Assembly: GCA_049840735.1 (NCBI GenBank)
Contig: JASGJN010000007.1
Coordinates: 192,001-256,000, forward strand
Direction of reading: 5' to 3'
Source of the DNA: Anaeromyxobacter sp.
GTDB lineage: Bacteria > Myxococcota > Myxococcia > Myxococcales > Anaeromyxobacteraceae
DNA: 64,000 nt
Shown: positions 24,057 through 33,823 of the stretch, one piece after another
Layout of the letters: every line of letters starts with the position of its first letter
Position numbering within the stretch: the stretch's first letter is position 1
Notes under the pieces: generated by a model
Databases searched by the model: none
What the model was told of the DNA's origin: nothing
Seen by the model: the letters and a program-made list of their open reading frames with translations, nothing else
Position numbers and translations under genes: made by a program

Positions 24057-25946
24057 ATGACCTTCGCCGCCAGCATCGCCATGATCTCGGCGGGCATCGC
24101 CTGCTACGTCGCCGTGCTCAGCGCGCAGCTGGCGCGCGCGCCGGGGTGGCGCGAGCAGCGCTTCTTCTCGCTGGCCGCGGTGGCGGTCGCCGCCTACGCG
24201 CTGCTCAACCTGCCCACCACCGGCCAGGTGCTCGACGACCACGCGGTGGTCACCTGCTCGCGCATCCAGTTCGCCCTGGCGGCGCTCCACACCTACGCCT
24301 GGCTCCGCTACTCCAGCGTGCTGCTGGGCCAGCCCACCTCGCGGCTCGATCGCCGGCTGATCCCGCTGCTGGTGGCGCTGGGGGCGCTGGGCGCGCTCAC
24401 CCCGGCCTTCCTCACCGGCGCGGTCCGCCGCGACGTCTTCGCCCCCACCGGCAACGTCTACCGGACCGCCGAGACCACCGCGGCCGGCGGGGTGGCCTAC
24501 CTGGTCGTGCTGGGGCTCCTGGCCGTCCCGGCGGCCCGCTTCGTGCGCGCCTGGCGGCGCGGGCAGCGCAACACCGGCGTGCAGGCCGTGGCGCTGGGCG
24601 TGCTGCTCTGCATGGGCGTGAACGACGCCCTGGTGGCGGCGGGCCTGCTGCGGACGCCCTACCTGGTGGACGTGGCCTTCCTGGCCCCGCTGGTGGCGGT
24701 GGCGTATGCGCTCACCGCCCGCTTCGTGGCCGACGCCCGGGCGCACGAGGCGCTGCAGCGCGACCTGGTCCGGCAGGTGGCGGACCGGACGGCGGAGCTG
24801 GGGCGGGCCCAGGAGGCGCTCTACCGGGCCGAGAAGCTGGCCGCCCTGGGCCAGTTCGCGGCCGGCGTGGCCCACGACGTCAACAACCCGGCCGCGGTCG
24901 TGACGGCCAACCTGCAGTTCCTGGTCGAGAACGAGGGGCCGGTGCTCTCCGCCAGCGGCCGCGAGGCGCTGGAGGAGTCGCAGGTGGCCATGGGGCGGCT
25001 GGGCGGGATCGTCCGCCAGCTGCTGGACGCCGGGCGGCTGGCGGCTTCGCCCGAGTCGCGGACCGCGGTGGCGCTGCGGCCGCTGGTGGAGCACGCCTTC
25101 TCGGTGGCGCGCGCCCGCTTCGGCAAGCGCGTGCGGCTGGTCAACGCGGTCCGGGAGGACGTGGGGGCGCTGGCCGGGGAGGGGGTCCTCTCGCAGGTGC
25201 TGACGAACCTGGTGGTCAACGCGGTGCAGGCCATCCCCGACCAGCGCAGGGACGGCCAGGTCATCGTGGGGGCCGAGCGTGACGGGCCGCGGGTGCGCAT
25301 CCTGGTGGACGACAACGGCGCGGGCATGCCGCCGGAGGTGCTGCGGCGGGTCTTCGAGCCCTTCTTCACCACCAAGCCCTTCGGGAGCGGCCACGGGCTG
25401 GGGCTGGCGGTGTCGCGCGGCCTGGTCGCCAGCCTCGGCGGCGACCTGCGGCTCGAGAGCAGCGCCGGGGAGGGCACCTGCGCGGTGGTCGAGCTGCAGG
25501 CGGCCGCTGCGCCCACCCCGCGGGCCGGGCCCGCGCGGCTGGAGCCGCCCGCGGGCGCCCGGCTCCACCTCCTGCTGGTGGACGACGAGCCGCCGGTGCT
25601 CTCCTCCCTGCGCCGGCTGCTGGAGGCGCGCTTCGGCATCGAGCTGGCGTCCGGGGTGGACGAGGCGCTGGGCCGGCTCCAGGTCGAGCCCTTCGACCTG
25701 GTGCTCTGCGACGTGATGATGCCCGCCGGCGGCGGCGAGCGGCTCTACCGGACGCTGCTCGAGCAGCGGCCGGCGCTGGCCCGCCGGCTGGTGTTCCTGA
25801 CCGGTGGCGCGGTGACCGACGCCGCGCGGCGCTTCCTCCACACGCAGCCGCAGCCGGTGCTGCTCAAGCCGCTGGACGTGGCGCAGCTGTCCCGGGTGGC
25901 CGAGCGCGTGGCGGCCAGCGGCGACGCGCGACCGGCGCCGGCCTGA
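24057..25946 (+). CDS. Hybrid sensor histidine kinase / receiver with 7-TM N-terminus
   Basis: H-box AGVAHDVNNP; N-box NLVVNAVQA; DNGAGM; FEPFFTTK..GLGL; receiver LLVDDE..DVMMP..KP. Confidence 0.92.
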   Translation: MTFAASIAMISAGIACYVAVLSAQLARAPGWREQRFFSLAAVAVAAYALLNLPTTGQVLDDHAVVTCSRIQFALAALHTYAWLRYSSVLLGQPTSRLDRRLIPLLVALGALGALTPAFLTGAVRRDVFAPTGNVYRTAETTAAGGVAYLVVLGLLAVPAARFVRAWRRGQRNTGVQAVALGVLLCMGVNDALVAAGLLRTPYLVDVAFLAPLVAVAYALTARFVADARAHEALQRDLVRQVADRTAELGRAQEALYRAEKLAALGQFAAGVAHDVNNPAAVVTANLQFLVENEGPVLSASGREALEESQVAMGRLGGIVRQLLDAGRLAASPESRTAVALRPLVEHAFSVARARFGKRVRLVNAVREDVGALAGEGVLSQVLTNLVVNAVQAIPDQRRDGQVIVGAERDGPRVRILVDDNGAGMPPEVLRRVFEPFFTTKPFGSGHGLGLAVSRGLVASLGGDLRLESSAGEGTCAVVELQAAAAPTPRAGPARLEPPAGARLHLLLVDDEPPVLSSLRRLLEARFGIELASGVDEALGRLQVEPFDLVLCDVMMPAGGGERLYRTLLEQRPALARRLVFLTGGAVTDAARRFLHTQPQPVLLKPLDVAQLSRVAERVAASGDARPAPA

Positions 25947-26048
25947 AGGCGTCGCGCGCGAGCGCGGCAGGGCCCCAGGCGTCGGGAGAGACCCCACTTC
26001 ACCGGGTGCTGCGCGTGGCCTACCGCTACTGAGGGTGTGATGTCCTGT

Positions 26049-26079
26049 AGGTGAAACTCACCCCGCGTGAGGTTCACCT
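26049..26079. promoter_or_regulatory. Imperfect inverted repeat (13-bp arms) upstream of the SPT-like gene; candidate operator or hairpin
   Basis: AGGTGAAACTCAC-CCCGC-GTGAGGTTCACCT, one mismatch. Confidence 0.4.
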
Positions 26080-26172
26080 TCCGCGTCAGACACGATCGGT
26101 ACGGTCCCTCCCGGCCGGTGCTCCGGCCCCGCCGCCCTCCCTTCCCCCGGGGCGGCTGCAGAGGAGAGACCC

Positions 26173-27399
26173 ATGGACGTGTTCGCCAAGTGCGCAGCGC
26201 CCCCGCAGGCCAAGCAGCTCCGCGACGCCGGCTTCGACGCCTACTACCGCGTGCTGCAGTCCCCGCCGGACACCGAGGTGGTGGTGGACGGCCGGCGCAT
26301 GATCATGCTCGGCTCCAACAACTACCTGGGGCTGGCCGCCCACCCGCGCGTCAAGCGCGCGGCGATGGACGCGGTCGAGGCCTGGGGCGCCGGCACCACC
26401 GGCTCGCGGTGCCTGAACGGCACGCTGGAGCTCCACGCCGCGCTGGAGCGGCAGCTGGCGCGCTTCTTCCGGCGTGACGACGCGCTCTTCTTCACCTCCG
26501 GCTACATGGCCAACCTGGGCGTCATCTCCGGGCTGGCCGGCCGCGGCGACGTGGTGGTGGTGGACCGGCGCGCCCACGCCTCCATCCTCGACGGCGCGCG
26601 CCTCTCGCAGGCGGAGGTGAAGCGGTTCAGGCACAACGACGCCGAGGACCTGCGGCGGGTGCTGGCCTCCTGCGGCGACGCCGGCAAGCTGGTGGCGGTG
26701 GACGGCGTCTACTCCATGGAGGGCGAGATCGCGCCGCTGGCCCGCATCGTCGAGGCCTGCCGCGCCCACGGCGCGCGCCTGGTGCTGGACGACGCGCACG
26801 GCCTGGGGGTGCTGGGCCGGACCGGCCGCGGCACCGCCGAGCACTTCGGGCTGGAGGACCAGGTCGACGTGCTGGTCGGCACCACCAGCAAGTCGCTGCC
26901 GGCGGTGGGCGGCTTCGCAGTGGCCGACCAGGCGGTGATCGACTTCCTGCGCTACGGCCAGACCTGCCGGCCGTTCCTGTTCGCGGCCAGCCCGCCGGCG
27001 GCGGCGGTGGCCGCGGTGCGCGAGGCGCTGCGGGTGATGGAGCAGGAGCCGGGTCTGCGCGACCGGCTCTGGGCCCTCACCCGCCGCGTGCTGCACGCGC
27101 TGCGCGGGATGGGGTTCGACACCGGCGCCTCGCAGACGCCCATCGTGCCGGTGGTGATGGGGCCCGTGGAGCGGACCTTCGACGCCTGGCGGATGCTGAG
27201 CGAGGAGGGCGTGTTCGTGAACGTGGTGCTGCCCCCGGCGGTGCCGGCCGGCGCCTGCCTGATCCGGATGACGCTCACGGCGGCCCACACCGACGAGCAG
27301 ATCGACCGGGTGCTGGGGGCGCTGGAGCGGGTGGGGCGCCGGCTGGGGATCATCCCCGGCGGCGTCGCCGAGCCGGTGGCGGCGCGGAGGGCGGGGTAG
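26173..27399 (+). CDS. PLP-dependent alpha-oxoamine synthase (serine palmitoyltransferase / AONS family)
   Basis: MLGSNNYLGL, GTTGSRCLNGT, HASILDG, FRHND, DGVYSMEG, DDAHGLG, GTTSKSL (PLP lysine). Confidence 0.88.
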   Translation: MDVFAKCAAPPQAKQLRDAGFDAYYRVLQSPPDTEVVVDGRRMIMLGSNNYLGLAAHPRVKRAAMDAVEAWGAGTTGSRCLNGTLELHAALERQLARFFRRDDALFFTSGYMANLGVISGLAGRGDVVVVDRRAHASILDGARLSQAEVKRFRHNDAEDLRRVLASCGDAGKLVAVDGVYSMEGEIAPLARIVEACRAHGARLVLDDAHGLGVLGRTGRGTAEHFGLEDQVDVLVGTTSKSLPAVGGFAVADQAVIDFLRYGQTCRPFLFAASPPAAAVAAVREALRVMEQEPGLRDRLWALTRRVLHALRGMGFDTGASQTPIVPVVMGPVERTFDAWRMLSEEGVFVNVVLPPAVPAGACLIRMTLTAAHTDEQIDRVLGALERVGRRLGIIPGGVAEPVAARRAG

Positions 27400-27415
27400 G
27401 GAGGCCCCAGCCGCC

Positions 27416-27448
27416 CAGGCCGAACGGGTTCACGGACCGTTCGGCCTG
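27416..27448. terminator. Perfect 12-bp hairpin between convergent genes
   Basis: CAGGCCGAACGG-N9-CCGTTCGGCCTG; no U-tract, so the terminator role is uncertain. Confidence 0.5.
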
Positions 27449-27484
27449 AGCGTAGGGCCGCGCAGCGGCCCGGAGTCGAAGGCC
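27438..27484 (+). repeat. REP-like element CGTTCGGCCTGAG..(internal GGGCCGC/GCGGCCC hairpin)..GGAGTCGAAGGCC
   Basis: Matches the 13906-13955 element with a compensatory change. Confidence 0.6.
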
Positions 27485-27489
27485 AGGGC

Positions 27490-29634
27490 CTAGTTGGGCG
27501 GGGCCGACGGAGCCGCCGGGGGCGCCGGGAAGCCCCGCTTGCGCATCAGCGCGCCGATGTCCTGGTCGCGGCCGCGGAAGCGCCGGTAGCCCTCGGCCGG
27601 ATCGATGGTGTTGCCCACCGAGAAGACGTCGTCCTTGAGCCGCTTCGCCACCGCCTTGTCGTACGGGCTGCCCGCCTCGGTGAAGGCCTCGTACGCGTCG
27701 GCGCTGATGGTGTCGGCCCAGAGGTAGCTGTAGTAGCCGGCCGCGTACCCGTCGCCGCTGAAGAGGTGGTTGAACTGCGGCAGCCGGTGGCGCATGACGA
27801 TCTCGGCCGGCATGCCCAGCCCGGCCAGCGTCTCCTTCTCGAAGGCGCTCACGTCCGCCACCTGGCCGGCCAGGTGCAGCTTCATGTCCACCAGCGCGGA
27901 GGAGAGGTACTCCACCGTGGCGAAGCCCTGGTTGAAGGTGGAGGCCTTCTGGATCTTGCGCACCAGCTCCGCCGGGATGGGCTCGTTGGTCTGGTGGTGC
28001 CGGGCGAAGCGCTGCAGCACCTCCGGCGTCTCCAGCCACCGCTCCAGGACCTGCGACGGGAACTCGACGTAGTCGCTCGGGACGTTGGTGCCGGAGAGGG
28101 TGGGGTAGGTGACGCTGGACGCCAGGCCGTGCAGCGCGTGGCCGAACTCGTGGAAGAGCGTCTCGGCGTCGGTCCAGCTCACCAGCACCGGCTCGCCCGG
28201 CTTCGGCTTCACGAAGTTGGCGTTGTTGGAGACGATGGTGGTGATGGGGCGCTCGAACCGCTCCTGGTTGCGGTACGCGTTCATCCAGGCGCCGGAGCGC
28301 TTCCCCTCGCGCGCGTACGGGTCGAAGTACCAGAGGCCGACCAGCCGCCCCTTGCCGTCGGTGACCTCCCAGACGCGCACGTCGGGGTGGTAGACCGGGA
28401 CGCCGCGGGCCGGCTTGAAGTGCAGGTCGAAGAGCTGGCCCGCCACCCAGAACATGCCCTCGCGCAGCTGCTCCAGCTGGAGGTAGGGCTTCACCGCGTT
28501 CTCGTCCAGGTCGTAGCGGGCCTTGCGGACCTTCTCGGCGTAGAACCGGTAGTCCCAGGGCGCGATGGTCAGGCCGGCCTTCTCCTGGTCGGCGATGGCC
28601 TGCATGTCCTTCACCTCCTCGCGGACGCGGGCCACCGCGGCCGGCCAGACCGCCTCCATCAGCTTCATGGCGCGGTCCGGCGTGCCGGCCATGGTGTCGC
28701 CCAGCTTCCAGTGGGCGTAGGTCGGGAACCCGAGCAGCCGGGCCCGCTCGGCGCGCAGCTGGACGATCTCGGCGATGACCGCCTTGTTGTCGGTGGGGCC
28801 GCCGTTGTCGCCGCGCATGATGAAGTTGCGCCAGACCTTCTCGCGCAGGTCGCGCCGGGTGGAGTAGGCGAGGAACGGCTCGATGGAGGAGCGGGTGTTG
28901 AGGACGGCCCACTTCGCCGGCTGCCCCTTGGCGGCGGCCGCGGCCGCGGCGGCGGAGACCACCGACTCGGGCAGGCCGGCCAGGTCGGCCTGCGCCTCGA
29001 GGAAGGTGGTGTAGCCGCCCTCGTCCTTGAGCAGGTTCTGGCCGAAGGTGGTGGTCAGCGTGGCAAGCCGCTCGTTGATGGCGGCGATCCGCTTCTTCCC
29101 GGCCTCGTCCACCCCGGCGCCGGCCAGCACGAAGGTGGTGTGGTAGCGCCAGGCCAGGCGCCGCTGCTCCGGCGTGCGCAGCCACTCGCGCGCCCAGTAG
29201 ACCGCCTCGATGCGCGAGAAGAGCTTCGTGTTCTGGACGATCCGGTCGCTGTGCGCGGCCAGCTTGGGCGCCAGCGCCTGCTCGACCTGCTGGAACTCCG
29301 GCGAGCTGAGGGCGGAGGACCAGATGCCGTAGATGGTCACCACGCGGTCGAGCGAGCGGCCGGAGCGCTCCATGGCGGCGAGGGTGTTGTCGAAGGTGGG
29401 CGGCTCCTTGCTGTTCGCGATCCGGTCCACCGCGGCCAGCTGCTCCGCCATGGCGGCCTCGAGCGCGGGGCCAATCTCCTCGACCTTCACCTTGTCGAAC
29501 GGCGGGAGGCCGCCGTAGGGGCCGGTCCAGGAGGCGAGGAGCGGGTTCTTCACGTGAGCCTCGGCGGGATGGGCCGCGCCGGCGGGGCCGGCCAGCAGGG
29601 CGACGGACGTGAGCAGGCTGAAAAGATGCGTCAT
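27490..29634 (-). CDS. dcp: M3 family metallopeptidase (peptidyl-dipeptidase Dcp-like) with signal peptide
   Basis: NPLL..PPFDK, KRSGAWM, LFHEFGHALHG, DYVEFPSQ, YAAGYYSYLWA. Confidence 0.92.
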   Translation of the reverse strand: MTHLFSLLTSVALLAGPAGAAHPAEAHVKNPLLASWTGPYGGLPPFDKVKVEEIGPALEAAMAEQLAAVDRIANSKEPPTFDNTLAAMERSGRSLDRVVTIYGIWSSALSSPEFQQVEQALAPKLAAHSDRIVQNTKLFSRIEAVYWAREWLRTPEQRRLAWRYHTTFVLAGAGVDEAGKKRIAAINERLATLTTTFGQNLLKDEGGYTTFLEAQADLAGLPESVVSAAAAAAAAKGQPAKWAVLNTRSSIEPFLAYSTRRDLREKVWRNFIMRGDNGGPTDNKAVIAEIVQLRAERARLLGFPTYAHWKLGDTMAGTPDRAMKLMEAVWPAAVARVREEVKDMQAIADQEKAGLTIAPWDYRFYAEKVRKARYDLDENAVKPYLQLEQLREGMFWVAGQLFDLHFKPARGVPVYHPDVRVWEVTDGKGRLVGLWYFDPYAREGKRSGAWMNAYRNQERFERPITTIVSNNANFVKPKPGEPVLVSWTDAETLFHEFGHALHGLASSVTYPTLSGTNVPSDYVEFPSQVLERWLETPEVLQRFARHHQTNEPIPAELVRKIQKASTFNQGFATVEYLSSALVDMKLHLAGQVADVSAFEKETLAGLGMPAEIVMRHRLPQFNHLFSGDGYAAGYYSYLWADTISADAYEAFTEAGSPYDKAVAKRLKDDVFSVGNTIDPAEGYRRFRGRDQDIGALMRKRGFPAPPAAPSAPPN

Positions 29635-29796
29635 CGATGGGTCCTCCGCGATGCGGGAGCGACTGTTCTCGGACGACGCGCCCGCCGGGTCAAGGCGTCG
29701 GTGGTGACCCAGGCCAGCTACCTCGCGAGGAGCGCCCCGGCCGCCCGCCCTCCGGCGTCCCGCTTTCCCCGCCCGGTGCCCTGCCGCCGGGGGAAG

Positions 29797-31209
29797 ATGG
29801 CCCGGAAAGGAGGGGCCGCGACGCGCCCCGAGCCGACAAGTCCCGCCGCCCGGCCGTGGTCGGAGCGGCTGACCCCCCTCGACGCCATGTTCCTCGACCT
29901 CGAGGACGCGAGCGTCAACATGCACGTGGGCGGCCTGATGGTCCTCGAGGGCGAGCCGCCGCCGCTCGACGCCCTGCGGCTGCACCTCTGGGCGCGGCTC
30001 GACCGCGTCCCGCGCTACCGGCAGGTGCTGGCCACCGTCCCGCTCCACCTCGGGCGGCCGGCCTGGGTGGACGCGCCCGCCATCGACCTCGCCCACCACG
30101 TCCGGGCGCACACGCTGCCCGCGGAGGGCGAGGCGGCGCTGGCGGCGCGCGCGGGCGCGTTCCTGGCCGAGCCGCTCGACCGGGCGCGGCCGCTCTGGGG
30201 GCTGGAGCTGGTCTCCGGGCTGGGCGGCGGGCGCTTCGCGCTGCTCTCGCGCACGCACCACTGCGTGCTGGACGGCGTCGCCGGCGTCGGGTTCCTGCAG
30301 GCGATCACCGACCCGTCCCCGGAGGCGGCCGCCTCCGCGCCCGCGCCCTGGCAGCCGCGCCCGGCGCCGGGCGCGGCGGCCCGGCTGGCCTCGGGGCTGG
30401 CCTGGACCGTCCAGCGCCCCATCCAGCTCTGCCGGCAGGCGCTCACGCCCGGCACCGACGGCCGCCGCATCGCGCAGGACCTGTGGGCCGGCGTCCGCCC
30501 GCTGCTGGCGCTGGCGGTGGGCTGGCCGGCGCCGCGCACGGCGCTGGACGGGCGGGTGGGGCCGGGGCGCAGCTGGGCCGGCGCCGCGCTGCCGCTGCCG
30601 CGCTGCCAGGCGGTGCGGGCCGCCCGCGGCGGGACCCTCAACGACGTGCTGCTCGCGGTGGTGGCCGGCGCGCTGCGGGCCGTGCTCGGGCAGGGCGGCC
30701 CGCCGCCGGCGGAGCTGCGGGCCTTCGTGCCGGTGAGCGTGCGCCGGCCGGAGGCGCGCGCTGCGCCGGGGAACCAGGTGGCCCTGGTCTTCTGCCGCCT
30801 GCCGGTGGGCGAGCCGGACCCGGCCGCGCGGCTCTGCGCCATCGCCGCCGAGACGCGGCGGCTCAAGGAGACCCGGAGCGTGGCGGGGATCCTGGCCTTC
30901 GAGGACCTGGGGGAGCTGGCGCCGGCGCCGCTCGCGGCCCAGGCGGCCCGGGCGGCCGTGGCCATGCACCACTTCAACCTGGTGGTCTCCAACGTCCCCG
31001 GGCCGCGCGAGGTGCGCTGGCTCCTGGGGCGCAGGCTCCTGGCCTGCCACCCGGCCATCCCGCTGGCGCGCGGCCAGCGCCTCGCCGTCGGCGCCATGAG
31101 CTACGGCGGCGCGCTCGCCGTCGGCGTGCAGGGCGGTTCGGAGCAGGGCGCCCTGGTGCAGGCGCTGGCGGCGGCGCTCCTGCCGGCGCTGCAGGAGCTG
31201 GAGGCGTGA
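29797..31209 (+). CDS. Wax ester synthase / diacylglycerol acyltransferase family O-acyltransferase
   Basis: RLTPLDAMFL..NMHVG, PLDRARPLW, HHCVLDG catalytic motif, TLNDV, FNLVVSNVPGP. Confidence 0.92.
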   Translation: MARKGGAATRPEPTSPAARPWSERLTPLDAMFLDLEDASVNMHVGGLMVLEGEPPPLDALRLHLWARLDRVPRYRQVLATVPLHLGRPAWVDAPAIDLAHHVRAHTLPAEGEAALAARAGAFLAEPLDRARPLWGLELVSGLGGGRFALLSRTHHCVLDGVAGVGFLQAITDPSPEAAASAPAPWQPRPAPGAAARLASGLAWTVQRPIQLCRQALTPGTDGRRIAQDLWAGVRPLLALAVGWPAPRTALDGRVGPGRSWAGAALPLPRCQAVRAARGGTLNDVLLAVVAGALRAVLGQGGPPPAELRAFVPVSVRRPEARAAPGNQVALVFCRLPVGEPDPAARLCAIAAETRRLKETRSVAGILAFEDLGELAPAPLAAQAARAAVAMHHFNLVVSNVPGPREVRWLLGRRLLACHPAIPLARGQRLAVGAMSYGGALAVGVQGGSEQGALVQALAAALLPALQELEA

Positions 31210-32087
31210 CCGGCGCGCGCCGCTACGTCGACCTGGGCGGCCCGGTCCACTACGCCGACCACGGCGGCGCCGGCCGGCCCATCGTGCTGGTCCACGGCCT
31301 GGGGGGCTCGCTCGACAACTGGGCGGCGGTGGCCCCGGCGCTGCGGGCGCACGGCCGCGTCCTGGCGCTCGATCTGGCCGGGCACGGCCGGACGCCCTCG
31401 CACGGGCGGACGGCGCGGATGGGCGCCAACCGGCGGCTCCTGTCGCGCTTCCTGCGCGAGGTGGCCGGGGCTCCCGCCGTGCTGGTGGGCAACTCCATGG
31501 GCGGCACCCTGTCCCTGGTCGAGGCGGCGGCGGAGCCGGAGCGCGTGGCCGGGCTGGTGCTGGTGAACGCGGCGCTGCCGCTGGCAGGCCTGGCCCGCGT
31601 GGACCGGACGGTGGCCCTGCTCTTCACCGCCTTCGCGCTCCCGGCGGTGGGCGAGGCGCTGCTGCGGCTGCGCGCCCTGCGCGGGCCGGAGCGGTCGGTG
31701 CACGACCTGCTCCGCCTGTGCGGGATCGAGCCGCACGGCCTCCCGCGCGAGGTGCTGGACGCGCACGTGGCGCTCGCGGCCGAGCGCGCGGCGCTGGGGA
31801 GGCGCGCCCACCGCGACTTCCTCGCCGCGCAGCGCTCGCTCATGAACCGGCTGCTGCGGCGGGGCCGGTTCTTCCGCATGGTGGCCACCGTCCGCGCTCC
31901 GGTGCTGGTGCTGCAGGGCGAGCGCGACCGGCTGGTGAGCGTGGCCGCGGCGCGGGCGCTGGCCGCGGCGCGTCCGGACTGGCCGCTGCGGATCCTGCCC
32001 GGGCTCGGGCACGCGCCGCAGCTGGAGGCGCCGGAGCAGTTCCTGCGCGCGGTCGAGCCGTGGCTGGAGCGCTCCGGCGCCGGGTGA
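31206..32087 (+). CDS. Alpha/beta hydrolase
   Basis: LVHGLGG, DLAGHG, GNSMGG nucleophile, GERDRLV, GHAPQLE; GTGA overlap with WS/DGAT. Confidence 0.88.
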   Translation: MTGARRYVDLGGPVHYADHGGAGRPIVLVHGLGGSLDNWAAVAPALRAHGRVLALDLAGHGRTPSHGRTARMGANRRLLSRFLREVAGAPAVLVGNSMGGTLSLVEAAAEPERVAGLVLVNAALPLAGLARVDRTVALLFTAFALPAVGEALLRLRALRGPERSVHDLLRLCGIEPHGLPREVLDAHVALAAERAALGRRAHRDFLAAQRSLMNRLLRRGRFFRMVATVRAPVLVLQGERDRLVSVAAARALAAARPDWPLRILPGLGHAPQLEAPEQFLRAVEPWLERSGAG

Positions 32088-32106
32088 GCGGCGGCCCAGG
32101 GCGTCC

Positions 32107-32502
32107 TCAGCCCTGGTGCGTGTGCGTGACGGCCTCGACGTGCTGGCCGTCGGGGTCGATCACGAAGGCGCCGTAGTAGCCGGGGTGGTACTCGGGGCGC
32201 AGGCCCGGCGCGCCGTCGTCCTTCCCTCCGGCCGCCAGGGCCTCGCGGTGGAAGGCCTGCACGGCGGCGGCGTCGCGGGCGGAGAAGGCGACGTGGATGC
32301 CCTTCGGCGCCTGGTGGTGCGGATCCTCCCGGGCCAGCCAGAGCGACGGCTTCTCGCCCGGCCCGATCCCGCACATCTTCCCCAGCTCCGGGATCTCGAA
32401 CTCCATCACCACGGCGTAGCCGAGCGGCGCCAGCGCCCGGACGTAGAACGACTTGCTCCGCTCGTAGTCGCGGACCCGCAGCGTCAGGTGGTCGATCATC
32501 AT
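32107..32502 (-). CDS. VOC (glyoxalase-like) family protein
   Basis: MIDHLTLRV, HVAF, GGKDDGAPGLRPEYHPGYYGAFVIDPDG. Confidence 0.9.
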   Translation of the reverse strand: MMIDHLTLRVRDYERSKSFYVRALAPLGYAVVMEFEIPELGKMCGIGPGEKPSLWLAREDPHHQAPKGIHVAFSARDAAAVQAFHREALAAGGKDDGAPGLRPEYHPGYYGAFVIDPDGQHVEAVTHTHQG

Positions 32503-32565
32503 GGGGACGTACGCTGACAGGGCGGCCAGCGCGCGGCAATCGGTCCGGTGGGGTGAGGCGAAGGC

Positions 32566-33669
32566 TCAGGGTTTGACGCCGGACACGGCGCGCCCGTGCG
32601 CCGCCCGCCAGGCCTCGACCGGCTGGGCCGCGGCACGCCACCAGGGCTCCGGCAGCCCGGCCGCGGCCGGCTCCACCGCCTGCCCGAGGCGCGGCAGCAG
32701 CAGGCGCGCGCCGCTCCGGGCCGCCCCCGCCAGCAGCGACTCGACCGGCTCGTCCCAGGCGTGCAGGGCCAGGTTGAAGGTGCCCCAGTGGATGGGCAGC
32801 AGCGGCGGGCCGCCCAGCCGCGCCTGCGCCTCCAGCGCCCGCTCCGGCCCGAGGTGGATGGCGCCCCAGGCCGGGTGGTGGGCGCCCACCTCCAGCATGG
32901 CGAGGTCGAACGGGCCGAGCCGCGCGCCCACCTCGGCGTGCTCGGGGGTGGGGCCGGTGTCGCCGCCGAAGTAGACGCGGTGGCGGGCGGTGGCCACGGC
33001 GAACGAGCACCAGAGCGTGGCGTTCCGGTCGCGCAGCCCGCGGCCGGAGAAGTGCTGGGCCGGCGCGGCGGTCACGCGCAGCGCCCCGCCGTGCAGCGGC
33101 GCGTCCTCCCACCAGTCCAGCTCGAGGATCCGCGCCGGCGGCACGCCCCAGGCCTCGAGGTGGGCGCCCACGCCCAGGGCGGTGACGAAGGTCACCGGGC
33201 GGCGCGCCAGCGCCTGGATGGTGGGGAGATCGAGGTGGTCGTAGTGGTCGTGCGAGAGGAGCACCGCGTCCAGCGCCGGCAGGGCGTCGATGGAGACCGG
33301 CGCCGGCTGGAAGCGGCGCGGCCCGGCGAAGCGCCAGGGCGAGGCGCGCTCGCCCCAGACCGGATCGGTCAGCAGGCGGAAGCCGTCCAGCTCGAGGAGC
33401 AGCGTGGAGTGGCCCAGCCAGGTGACGCGCAGCCCGGAGCCGGGCGGCGTCAGCCAGGCCGGGCGCGGGTCGTCGCCGGGGAGGGGCGCGGGCGGGCTGC
33501 GCTGTGCGTCGCCGAAGACGAACTCGCCCAGGACGGGGAGCGCCTGCCCGGCAGGCAGCGCGGCCCCCACCGGCGCGGTGTTGTGGAACACGCCGTCGCG
33601 GAAGCGCGGCGAGGCGCGCATCCGCTCCAGCCGGGCGCCCTGGGCCCGTGCGCCAAAGGGAGAAGGCAT
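32566..33669 (-). CDS. MBL-fold metallo-hydrolase (RomA/NAPE-PLD-like)
   Basis: TWLGHST, LTDPVW, SHDHYDHLD, PAQHFSGR, FGGDTG, PIHWGTF. Confidence 0.9.
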   Translation of the reverse strand: MPSPFGARAQGARLERMRASPRFRDGVFHNTAPVGAALPAGQALPVLGEFVFGDAQRSPPAPLPGDDPRPAWLTPPGSGLRVTWLGHSTLLLELDGFRLLTDPVWGERASPWRFAGPRRFQPAPVSIDALPALDAVLLSHDHYDHLDLPTIQALARRPVTFVTALGVGAHLEAWGVPPARILELDWWEDAPLHGGALRVTAAPAQHFSGRGLRDRNATLWCSFAVATARHRVYFGGDTGPTPEHAEVGARLGPFDLAMLEVGAHHPAWGAIHLGPERALEAQARLGGPPLLPIHWGTFNLALHAWDEPVESLLAGAARSGARLLLPRLGQAVEPAAAGLPEPWWRAAAQPVEAWRAAHGRAVSGVKP

Positions 33670-33823
33670 GGCGGGGGAGATTAAGACCCGGACGGCGGGT
33701 TGCAATGGCCTCCGGGACGGCGAGGCGTCGCAGGGGCGCCCACGGCCGCGGGCCAATCCCTCCTGAGGCGTGGGGTACGACGCGTGGAGCCATCGCGCCC
33801 CGGCCGGCGTACGCTCTCCCACC

